Sequence record: PX290280.1
Reading direction: 5' to 3' (one strand)
DNA from: a phage
DNA: 44,859 nucleotides
Translations under genes and position numbers: made by a program
In this document: positions 36,367 to 44,419 of the stretch, piece after piece
How positions within the stretch are numbered: the first letter of the stretch is position 1
Layout of the letters: each line of letters begins with the position of its first letter
The notes under the pieces: model-generated
What the model was told of the DNA's origin: nothing
What the model saw: only the letters and a program-made list of their open reading frames with translations
Database searches by the model: none

Positions 36367-36649
36367 ACATGCAGCTACAGAGGACGAGGTTGGCATTCTG
36401 CATGGTGCTATTACCAAAATCTTCAATAAGAAAGCACAGGCAATACTGGACACTATAGAAGAAGACCCTGATGCAGCATTACATTTAGTGTCTGGTAAGG
36501 ATATTGGTGCGATGTGTAAGTGGGTTCTTGATAACGGCATTACCGCCACACCTGCTGCACAGCAGGAAGAGTCCAAGTTATCTAAGCGCCTCAAGGCTAT
36601 CCGAGAGGCATCCAGTGGTAAGATAATTCAATTCACTAAGGAGGATTGA
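36350..36649 (+). CDS. Terminase small subunit
   Basis: GTG start 4-5 nt after GGAGGGA; position directly upstream of the large subunit. Confidence 0.55.
   Translation: MSVHNKHAATEDEVGILHGAITKIFNKKAQAILDTIEEDPDAALHLVSGKDIGAMCKWVLDNGITATPAAQQEESKLSKRLKAIREASSGKIIQFTKED
36441..36463 (+). promoter_or_regulatory. Partial phage promoter inside the terminase small-subunit gene
   Basis: CAATACTGGACACTATAGAAGAA: core conserved, upstream ATTTA missing. Confidence 0.45.
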
Positions 36650-38547
36650 TGGCTAAGGCAAGAGAATCACAAGCGGAGGCTCTTGCCAGATGGGAGATGC
36701 TACAGGAGTTACAGCAGACCTTTCCTTACACAGCGGAAGGTTTGCTTCTCTTTGCAGATACAGTTATTCATAACTTAATTGCAGGCAACCCTCATCTGAT
36801 TCGTATGCAGGCGGATATCTTGAAGTTCCTATTTTACGGACACAAGTACCGCCTCATCGAAGCGCCTCGTGGTATCGCTAAGACAACACTATCAGCAATC
36901 TATACGGTATTCCGTATTATTCATGAACCGCATAAGCGTATCATGGTTGTGTCCCAAAACGCCAAGCGAGCAGAGGAAATCGCAGGTTGGGTAGTTAAAA
37001 TCTTCCGTGGCTTAGACTTTCTTGAGTTTATGCTGCCGGATATCTACGCTGGGGACCGTGCATCCGTTAAGGCGTTTGAGATTCATTACACCCTACGTGG
37101 TAGTGATAAGTCTCCTTCTGTATCCTGTTACTCAATCGAAGCAGGTATGCAGGGTGCTCGTGCTGATATTATTCTAGCGGATGACGTAGAGTCGATGCAG
37201 AATGCTCGTACGGCAGCGGGCCGTGCCTTGCTTGAGGAACTGACTAAGGAGTTTGAATCTATCAACCAGTTTGGGGATATCATTTACCTTGGTACACCTC
37301 AGAACGTAAACTCTATCTACAACAACCTACCTGCTCGTGGTTACTCTGTTCGTATCTGGACTGCGCGTTACCCTTCAGTAGAGCAAGAGCAATGTTATGG
37401 CGACTTCCTTGCACCTATGATTGTTCAAGATATGAAGGACAACCCAGCACTTCGCTCAGGGTACGGGTTGGATGGTAATAGTGGTGCACCTTGTGCCCCT
37501 GAAATGTATGATGATGAAGTCCTGATTGAGAAGGAAATCTCTCAGGGTGCTGCTAAGTTCCAGCTTCAGTTCATGCTTAACACTCGCATGATGGATGCTG
37601 ACAGATACCCATTACGCCTGAACAATCTAATCTTCACCTCGTTTGGTACAGAGGAAGTCCCTGTGATGCCTACGTGGAGTAATGATTCCATAAACATCAT
37701 TGGTGATGCACCTAAGTATGGTAACAAGCCTACGGATTTCATGTACAGACCTGTAGCTCGCCCATACGAATGGGGTGCTGTCTCCCGCAAGATTATGTAT
37801 ATTGACCCTGCGGGTGGTGGTAAGAACGGAGATGAGACGGGTGTAGCCATCGTATTCCTGCACGGCACATTCATTTATGTGTATCAGTGCTTTGGTGTAC
37901 CTGGCGGATACCGAGAGTCGTCCCTGAATCGCATTGTGCAGGCCGCAAAGCAGGCGGGTGTTAAAGAGGTATTCATTGAGAAGAACTTTGGTCATGGCGC
38001 GTTTGAGGCGGTAATTAAGCCGTACTTTGAACGAGAGTGGCCTGTAACTCTGGAAGAGGATTACGCCACCGGACAGAAAGAGTTGCGTATCATTGAGACG
38101 CTGGAGCCGCTCATGGCAGCCCATAGGCTTATCTTCAATGCAGAGATGGTGAAGTCAGACTTTGAGTCGGTACAGCACTATCCGCTTGAACTACGCATGT
38201 CCTACAGTCTTTTCAATCAAATGTCGAACATAACGATTGAGAAGAACAGCCTCCGGCACGATGACCGCCTAGACGCCCTGTATGGCGCTATACGGCAATT
38301 AACTTCTCAGATAGACTATGACGAGGTTACACGGATTAATCGCCTCAGAGCGCAGGAGATGCGCGATTACATCCATGCTATGAACACACCTCATCTACGC
38401 AGGGCAATGCTATATGGAGATTACGGTACTGAGCGAAGAGTGACCAACACTTCCGTAGCGATGCAGCAGCGAGTTTACGGGCAGAACTACCGAAATAAAT
38501 CGGCAAGCAGAAATACACTTTCTGCAAGGATTTCAAGGACTTATTAA
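36649..38547 (+). CDS. Terminase large subunit
   Basis: 633 aa; Walker A-like EAPRGIAKTT; AAGGAGG ribosome-binding site; synteny. Confidence 0.85.
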   Translation: MAKARESQAEALARWEMLQELQQTFPYTAEGLLLFADTVIHNLIAGNPHLIRMQADILKFLFYGHKYRLIEAPRGIAKTTLSAIYTVFRIIHEPHKRIMVVSQNAKRAEEIAGWVVKIFRGLDFLEFMLPDIYAGDRASVKAFEIHYTLRGSDKSPSVSCYSIEAGMQGARADIILADDVESMQNARTAAGRALLEELTKEFESINQFGDIIYLGTPQNVNSIYNNLPARGYSVRIWTARYPSVEQEQCYGDFLAPMIVQDMKDNPALRSGYGLDGNSGAPCAPEMYDDEVLIEKEISQGAAKFQLQFMLNTRMMDADRYPLRLNNLIFTSFGTEEVPVMPTWSNDSINIIGDAPKYGNKPTDFMYRPVARPYEWGAVSRKIMYIDPAGGGKNGDETGVAIVFLHGTFIYVYQCFGVPGGYRESSLNRIVQAAKQAGVKEVFIEKNFGHGAFEAVIKPYFEREWPVTLEEDYATGQKELRIIETLEPLMAAHRLIFNAEMVKSDFESVQHYPLELRMSYSLFNQMSNITIEKNSLRHDDRLDALYGAIRQLTSQIDYDEVTRINRLRAQEMRDYIHAMNTPHLRRAMLYGDYGTERRVTNTSVAMQQRVYGQNYRNKSASRNTLSARISRTY

Positions 38548-38568
38548 TTACTGGACACTATAGAAGGA
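38546..38568 (+). promoter_or_regulatory. Phage RNAP promoter
   Basis: AATTACTGGACACTATAGAAGGA. Confidence 0.8.
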
Positions 38569-38598
38569 AGGCCCAGATAATAAGATAAATAATAGGTA

Positions 38599-38619
38599 AT
38601 ATATATATATATATATATA
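38599..38619. repeat. (AT)n dinucleotide microsatellite
   Basis: About ten uninterrupted AT units, followed at 38653-38672 by hairpin gggtgtac-tcct-gtacaccc. Confidence 0.7.
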
Positions 38620-38717
38620 GGTTAACCTAGGTTATATAGGTATGCCTTAGTATGGGTGTACTCCTGTACACCCTATTCCTTACTTCCTTACTATATTTAC
38701 ATAATAGGAGAGAGACA

Positions 38718-38996
38718 ATGGCTAATGATTATAGTAGTCAACCATTAACAGGTAAGTCTAAGAGAAAGCAGGTACAACCTGTAAGTGAAGAACTAATGCT
38801 TCCGGTAATCCCAAAAGAGGCAGCTAGTAAGAAAAGCAATGTTATTAATGATGCCACCAAATCAGGTAAACAGAAAGGGGCCATGGTATGCCTTGAAGTG
38901 GAAGGTGGTGTATTGAAGGTTGCTATCGCGGTTGATGGCAAAGAAGATTCAGAGTGGAAGTTAGTAACAGTGGAACCAGCTGTTAACCCAGTTTAA
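38718..38996 (+). CDS. Small late protein, paralog 1 (92 aa)
   Basis: AGGAGAGAG ribosome-binding site; shares SGKQKGAMV-LE...L-IAVA block with the next ORF. Confidence 0.6.
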   Translation: MANDYSSQPLTGKSKRKQVQPVSEELMLPVIPKEAASKKSNVINDATKSGKQKGAMVCLEVEGGVLKVAIAVDGKEDSEWKLVTVEPAVNPV

Positions 38997-39014
38997 GATA
39001 AGGAGGAAGATTAC

Positions 39015-39308
39015 ATGGCTAAATATGGTACTACAGGTTCTGTTACTGGTCAGGCTTTTCGAGTAAAAGCAGTACAAACTATTGCAACGGCAATCCCGAT
39101 GCCTGTTGTTAAAGAAGCAGACCTTAATAGTAAAGATCACCCTATCAACATCAAACATTTATCAGGTAAACAGAAAGGTGCAATGGTTGCTCTTGAGAAA
39201 AGTGACACAACCTTACATATTGCTGTTGCACGTGGTAGTGAACCAACAGACCCTTGGGATGTAACTGGCATGGAATCGCTCGCTGTCACTCCAGCAGGTG
39301 AAGAATAA
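39015..39308 (+). CDS. Small late protein, paralog 2 (97 aa)
   Basis: AAGGAGG ribosome-binding site; paralogous to 38718..38996. Confidence 0.6.
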   Translation: MAKYGTTGSVTGQAFRVKAVQTIATAIPMPVVKEADLNSKDHPINIKHLSGKQKGAMVALEKSDTTLHIAVARGSEPTDPWDVTGMESLAVTPAGEE

Positions 39309-39652
39309 TGCTTAACAAATACTTCAAGCGCCGTGAGTTCGCTTGCCGTTGTGGGTGCGGTACATCCACTGTTGATGCTGAATTACTACAGGTAGTCACA
39401 GATGTGCGTGAGCACTTTGGTTCCCCTGTAGTTATCACTTCGGGGCATCGCTGTGCTAAGCACAATGCTAATGTAGGAGGAGCTAAGAACTCCATGCATC
39501 TTACTGGTAAGGCTGCTGACATTAAAGTGTCTGGCATATTACCTTCTGAAGTGCATAAGTATCTTACTAGCAAATACCAAGGCAAGTATGGTATCGGTAA
39601 GTATAACTCCTTCACTCACATCGATGTACGGGATGGTTGTGCGCGATGGTAA
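39308..39652 (+). CDS. Endolysin, zinc peptidase M15-type
   Basis: ITSGHRCAKHN...GGAKNSMHLTGKAADI matches the SG-R...N...S-H..G-A-D signature of M15 cell-wall peptidases. Confidence 0.8.
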   Translation: MLNKYFKRREFACRCGCGTSTVDAELLQVVTDVREHFGSPVVITSGHRCAKHNANVGGAKNSMHLTGKAADIKVSGILPSEVHKYLTSKYQGKYGIGKYNSFTHIDVRDGCARW

Positions 39653-39777
39653 GATGTGTTGAATGGTGTGAGCGTATGGTTGCCCAAGCTGCCGAGGATG
39701 GCAACTATGATGACTGGAAGAACTACTCTGACTTGTTAGCTCAATGGAAAGGGAGATGCAATGAAAAAGCTGTTTAA
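39646..39777 (+). CDS. Hypothetical small Cys-containing protein (43 aa)
   Basis: ORF overlapping the endolysin stop; weak ribosome-binding site. Confidence 0.25.
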   Translation: MVRCVEWCERMVAQAAEDGNYDDWKNYSDLLAQWKGRCNEKAV

Positions 39778-39910
39778 GTCTAAGAAGGTTGTAGGTGCAC
39801 TGGTTGCACTTGTTATTGCTCTTGTTTCTGTAGGCCTTGGTGTAGACCTTGGCTCTGGCACGGAATCCTCTGTGACAGATGTGGTCTGCCAAGTGATTAC
39901 CTGTGAATAA
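39761..39910 (+). CDS. Small single-pass membrane protein (49 aa), possible second holin or antiholin
   Basis: GGGAG ribosome-binding site; N-terminal KK-rich region, then transmembrane helix VGALVALVIALVSVGLGV. Confidence 0.5.
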   Translation: MKKLFKSKKVVGALVALVIALVSVGLGVDLGSGTESSVTDVVCQVITCE

Positions 39911-40124
39911 GTTTCTAGAAGTGCTGGCAGGTCTTATTGGCCTGCTTGTCTCTGCTAAGAAGAAACAAGAAGAGAAGGAGGCACAAAGTGAAGCGAATCA
40001 TGCTAGCGACAATCCTGCTGATTGGTTCGCTGACCACTTCCGGGTGTCAGCAGGCGTTACCAGAGAAAGCAATGGTGAAACCTCTGGGGCCGACGCTGAC
40101 GGCAGTTTACGAGGTGGAAGATAA
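39903..40124 (+). CDS. i-spanin-like protein (Rz-like)
   Basis: N-terminal transmembrane helix FLEVLAGLIGLLVSA followed by a charged region; overlapped by the lipoprotein ORF. Confidence 0.5.
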   Translation: MNKFLEVLAGLIGLLVSAKKKQEEKEAQSEANHASDNPADWFADHFRVSAGVTRESNGETSGADADGSLRGGR

Positions 40125-40197
40125 GGTCTGTTTCAGTAAGCCTGACGCTACAAAACTTGGTCTGTACATTCTTTCGCTAGAACGAGGATATAATTAA
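39988..40197 (+). CDS. o-spanin-like outer-membrane lipoprotein (Rz1-like)
   Basis: GTG start 6 nt after AAGGAGG; signal peptide with lipobox LTTSG-C; overlaps the i-spanin ORF in another frame. Confidence 0.6.
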   Translation: MKRIMLATILLIGSLTTSGCQQALPEKAMVKPLGPTLTAVYEVEDKVCFSKPDATKLGLYILSLERGYN

Positions 40198-40226
40198 TAC
40201 ATAACTTTATGTATCAGTGTCTTACG

Positions 40227-40249
40227 ATTTACTGGACACTATAGAAGGA
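40227..40249 (+). promoter_or_regulatory. Phage RNAP promoter upstream of the tailspike genes
   Basis: ATTTACTGGACACTATAGAAGGA. Confidence 0.8.
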
Positions 40250-40326
40250 GGAAGAGTGCCGTTCAAATGAACGGCCTATTACTAGCCAATCTTCATAGGG
40301 AGGGTTGGGAAGTAATAGGAGGTTTA

Positions 40327-41766
40327 ATGGCTAATATTACCAAACCTGTCACAACTGGTATTATACATGAAGGAAGGCTGCTATCAGATTATCTAAAACA
40401 AGCATGGGATAACACCTTACACGCTGATAACTACTTTGTTAGTGTTAAAGACTTTGGCGCTAAGGGTGATGGCTCTGCTGATGATACTGCTGCATTCAAA
40501 GCTGCACTTGCTTCTGGTAAGAATGTATATATCCCTGTAGGTATTTATATAATTAGTGAGACTTTGTATTTTAAGAATCAGGTTATAAAAGGGGGCGGAA
40601 TAGCACCTATTCCGAGTCTTGGTACAATACTTGCAATCTCACACAGTGAGCCTGCATTGAAATATGATGTAAGTGCAGGTTACTCTATGGGTGGTTATTT
40701 AGGTGGGTTCTTCATAGATTATGGAGAGAACAAACCAGATAACTATGCAGGCAGAAAAGGCATAGATCTAGGTGATGCCGACCAACAAGCATGGCCTTCT
40801 CAATTTATCATTGAGAACATCATTGTCCGTGGTGCATACTTTGGTTTGCATGATGAAACAGGAGCATTCCAATACTCAATGCGCAATGTGGTTGCTATCA
40901 ATTGCTGGGAGGGGTTCCGTAAGTTCACTGGAACTACAGTCCTTATGGATACATGCTATGCGCTTAATTGCTATCAAGCATATAGACTGGCTAATGTTTA
41001 TAATATGACAATGAATAACTGCGCCATGGATGGATGCAATGATATCCAAGGTTTACAGGCATTTGATATTACAAACTGCAAAGGTCTTGTGATAAATGGC
41101 ATGTATAGTGAGAATTGTGAGATCCATCATAGTGGTAATGCTTCTATATTTATTCATGGAGATTCTACAGTAACAATCAACGGTTATGCCTTACACTCGC
41201 ATAATGTCGTTGTTGATCCATCATCTGGAAGTGAAGAAGCATACTTTCTTAGAGCGCACGACAGCTCTAGGGTCAATGTAGATGGAATCTTCTTCGGTGA
41301 GAACCTTAAATCTACTAGTATCTTCACCTACCCAATTATGGCCTCTGGTGAGTCTAGAATTAAGCTAGGAACTACAGCACTTAAGGCATGGGTAGGTGCT
41401 AAGGGTGGTGCATCTATGGCTGCTGTTGGAGATAGTCTCATTGAATATGACAATACCGTATTTAACCCATCACTTACTGCAGGTTGGTGCAGTAATAATG
41501 GTGTTGTAGCTAAAGGGACACTAGTTGTAAACACAACATTAGAACCTAATGCAGATTTAAATGCAGGAACTATACAATTAGTTGGTGACTATAAACCAAA
41601 TAAAGGTGATGTTCTTACATATGGTTCTACTTTCGATGTTCAATCATGTGCTATTATTCTGAAGCCACAAGGTGATAATAGTTGTAATGTTTACATTAAA
41701 AACCTAAGTGCAGGTAGTAGTGTTACACTTAACGGAATATTGCACGTACAGGCAATTCGTAGGTAA
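40327..41766 (+). CDS. Tailspike 1: beta-helix polysaccharide depolymerase-like
   Basis: ATG 40327 with AGGAGG ribosome-binding site; VKDFGAKGDGSADDTAAFKAAL signature of pectate-lyase-type beta-helix proteins; no T7 gp17 N-terminal domain. Confidence 0.75.
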   Translation: MANITKPVTTGIIHEGRLLSDYLKQAWDNTLHADNYFVSVKDFGAKGDGSADDTAAFKAALASGKNVYIPVGIYIISETLYFKNQVIKGGGIAPIPSLGTILAISHSEPALKYDVSAGYSMGGYLGGFFIDYGENKPDNYAGRKGIDLGDADQQAWPSQFIIENIIVRGAYFGLHDETGAFQYSMRNVVAINCWEGFRKFTGTTVLMDTCYALNCYQAYRLANVYNMTMNNCAMDGCNDIQGLQAFDITNCKGLVINGMYSENCEIHHSGNASIFIHGDSTVTINGYALHSHNVVVDPSSGSEEAYFLRAHDSSRVNVDGIFFGENLKSTSIFTYPIMASGESRIKLGTTALKAWVGAKGGASMAAVGDSLIEYDNTVFNPSLTAGWCSNNGVVAKGTLVVNTTLEPNADLNAGTIQLVGDYKPNKGDVLTYGSTFDVQSCAIILKPQGDNSCNVYIKNLSAGSSVTLNGILHVQAIRR

Positions 41767-41850
41767 TCACAGGCAGTGCTTACGCACTGCTTTTCGCGCA
41801 ACTTTTCTTAAAGGTTATCATGATGGTAGCCTTTCAGAAGAGGAGGTTAC

Positions 41851-44286
41851 ATGATTCAAAGACTAGGTTCTTCATTAGTTAAATTCAAGAGTAAAATAGC
41901 AGGTGCAATCTGGCGTAACTTGGATGACAAGCTCACCGAGGTTGTATCGCTTAAAGATTTTGGAGCCAAAGGTGATGGTAAGACAAACGACCAAGATGCA
42001 GTAAATGCAGCGATGGCTTCAGGTAAGAGAATTGACGGTGCTGGTGCTACTTACAAAGTATCATCTTTACCTGATATGGAGCGATTCTATAACACCCGCT
42101 TCGTATGGGAACGTTTAGCAGGTCAACCTCTTTACTATGTGAGTAAAGGTTTTATCAATGGTGAACTCTATAAAATCACGGACAACCCTTATTACAATGC
42201 TTGGCCTCAAGACAAGGCGTTTGTATATGAGAATGTGATATATGCACCCTACATGGGTAGCGACCGTCATGGTGTTAGTCGTCTGCATGTATCATGGGTT
42301 AAGTCTGGTGACGATGGTCAAACATGGTCTACTCCAGAGTGGTTAACTGATCTGCATCCAGATTACCCTACAGTGAACTATCATTGTATGAGTATGGGTG
42401 TATGTCGCAACCGTCTGTTTGCCATGATTGAAACACGTACTTTAGCCAAGAACGAACTAACCAATTGTGCATTGTGGGATCGTCCTATGTCTCGTAGTCT
42501 GCACCTTACTGGTGGTATCACTAAAGCTGCAAATCAGAGATATGCAACAATCCATGTACCTGATCACGGACTATTCGTGGGCGATTTTGTTAACTTCTCT
42601 AATTCTGCGGTAACAGGTGTATCAGGTGATATGACTGTTGCAACGGTAATAGATAAGGACAACTTCACGGTCCTTACACCTAACCAGCAGACTTCAGATT
42701 TGAATAACGCTGGAAAGAGTTGGCACATGGGTACTTCTTTCCATAAGTCTCCATGGCGTAAGACAGATCTTGGTCTAATCCCTAGTGTCACAGAGGTGCA
42801 TAGCTTTGCTACTATTGATAACAATGGCTTTGTTATGGGCTATCATCAAGGTGATGTAGCTCCACGAGAAGTTGGTCTTTTCTACTTCCCTGATGCTTTC
42901 AATAGCCCATCTAATTATGTTCGTCGTCAGATACCATCTGAGTATGAACCAGATGCGTCAGAGCCATGCATCAAGTACTATGACGGTGTATTATACCTTA
43001 TCACTCGTGGCACTCGTGGTGACAGACTTGGAAGCTCTTTGCATCGTAGTAGAGATATAGGTCAGACTTGGGAGTCACTGAGATTTCCACATAATGTTCA
43101 TCATACTACCTTACCTTTTGCTAAAGTAGGAGATGACCTTATTATGTTTGGTTCAGAACGTGCAGAAAATGAATGGGAAGCAGGTGCACCAGATGATCGT
43201 TACAAGGCATCTTATCCTCGTACCTTCTATGCACGATTGAATGTAAACAATTGGAATGCAGATGATATTGAATGGGTTAACATCACAGACCAAATCTATC
43301 AAGGTGACATTGTGAACTCTAGTGTAGGTGTAGGTTCTGTTGTAGTTAAAGACAGCTACATTTACTATATCTTTGGTGGTGAAAACCATTTCAACCCAAT
43401 GACTTATGGTGACAACAAAGATAAAGACCCATTTAAAGGTCATGGACACCCTACTGATATATACTGCTATAAGATGCAGATTGCAAATGACAATCGTGTA
43501 TCTCGTAAGTTTACATATGGTGCAACTCCTGGTCAAGCTATACCTACTTTCATGGGTACTGATGGGATACGAAATATCCCTGCACCTTTGTATTTCTCAG
43601 ATAACATTGTTACAGAGGATACTAAAGTTGGACACTTAACAATTAAAGCAAGCACAAGTTCCAATATACGATCTGAAGCGCAGATGGAAGGTGAATATGG
43701 CTTTATTGGCAAGTCTGTTCCAAAGGATAACCCAACTGGTCAACGTTTGATTATTTGTGGTGGAGAAGCGACTTCGTCCTCTTCAGGTGCACAGATAACT
43801 TTGCACGGCTCTAATTCAAGTAATGCTAATCGTATCACTTATAACGGAAATGAGCACCTATTCCAAGGTGCACCAATCATGCCTGCTGTAGATAACCAGT
43901 TTGCTGCTGGTGGACCTAGTAACCGATTCACTACCATATACCTAGGTAGTGACCCTGTTACCACTTCAGATGCTGAACACAAGTACGGTATCTCTAGTAT
44001 TAATACCAAGGTGTTAAAGGCTTGGAGTAGAGTTGGTTTTAAACAGTATGGTTTGAATAGTGAAGCAGAGAGAAGTCTTGATAGCATACACTTCGGTGTC
44101 TTGGCTCAGGATATTGTAGCTGCTTTTGAAGCTGAAGGGTTAGATGCCATTAAGTATGGAATTATGTCATTCGAAGAAGGTAGGTACGGTGTGAGGTATA
44201 GTGAAGTTCTAATCCTAGAGGCTGCCTACACTCGCCATCGTCTTGATAAATTAGAGGAGATGTATGCCGCTAATAAAATCAGTTAA
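41851..44286 (+). CDS. Tailspike 2: endosialidase-like, with a C-terminal intramolecular chaperone domain
   Basis: 811 aa; two sialidase Asp-boxes SGDDGQTW and SRDIGQTW; C-terminal about 105 aa with an S-D junction typical of self-cleaving chaperone domains. Confidence 0.75.
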   Translation: MIQRLGSSLVKFKSKIAGAIWRNLDDKLTEVVSLKDFGAKGDGKTNDQDAVNAAMASGKRIDGAGATYKVSSLPDMERFYNTRFVWERLAGQPLYYVSKGFINGELYKITDNPYYNAWPQDKAFVYENVIYAPYMGSDRHGVSRLHVSWVKSGDDGQTWSTPEWLTDLHPDYPTVNYHCMSMGVCRNRLFAMIETRTLAKNELTNCALWDRPMSRSLHLTGGITKAANQRYATIHVPDHGLFVGDFVNFSNSAVTGVSGDMTVATVIDKDNFTVLTPNQQTSDLNNAGKSWHMGTSFHKSPWRKTDLGLIPSVTEVHSFATIDNNGFVMGYHQGDVAPREVGLFYFPDAFNSPSNYVRRQIPSEYEPDASEPCIKYYDGVLYLITRGTRGDRLGSSLHRSRDIGQTWESLRFPHNVHHTTLPFAKVGDDLIMFGSERAENEWEAGAPDDRYKASYPRTFYARLNVNNWNADDIEWVNITDQIYQGDIVNSSVGVGSVVVKDSYIYYIFGGENHFNPMTYGDNKDKDPFKGHGHPTDIYCYKMQIANDNRVSRKFTYGATPGQAIPTFMGTDGIRNIPAPLYFSDNIVTEDTKVGHLTIKASTSSNIRSEAQMEGEYGFIGKSVPKDNPTGQRLIICGGEATSSSSGAQITLHGSNSSNANRITYNGNEHLFQGAPIMPAVDNQFAAGGPSNRFTTIYLGSDPVTTSDAEHKYGISSINTKVLKAWSRVGFKQYGLNSEAERSLDSIHFGVLAQDIVAAFEAEGLDAIKYGIMSFEEGRYGVRYSEVLILEAAYTRHRLDKLEEMYAANKIS

Positions 44287-44413
44287 GCAAGCTGCTGTAC
44301 GCCAGAACGCAGAAGAACTTATTCAATCAGGACGTGACCCTAAGCAGGCATACGCCATTGCCAAGGATGTACAACGTCGTGCCTTGAAGAAACCTTCTGC
44401 ATCTTCTGCTTAA
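44264..44413 (+). CDS. Small basic protein at the right end (50 aa)
   Basis: GAGGAG ribosome-binding site 4 nt upstream; overlaps the tailspike stop. Confidence 0.4.
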   Translation: MPLIKSVKQAAVRQNAEELIQSGRDPKQAYAIAKDVQRRALKKPSASSA

Positions 44414-44419
44414 GCAGGT

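Noticed and set aside
40267-40326. ATG 40267 as the start of tailspike 1
   Set aside because: The nearest Shine-Dalgarno sequence is 17 nt away, whereas ATG 40327 has AGGAGG at ideal spacing.
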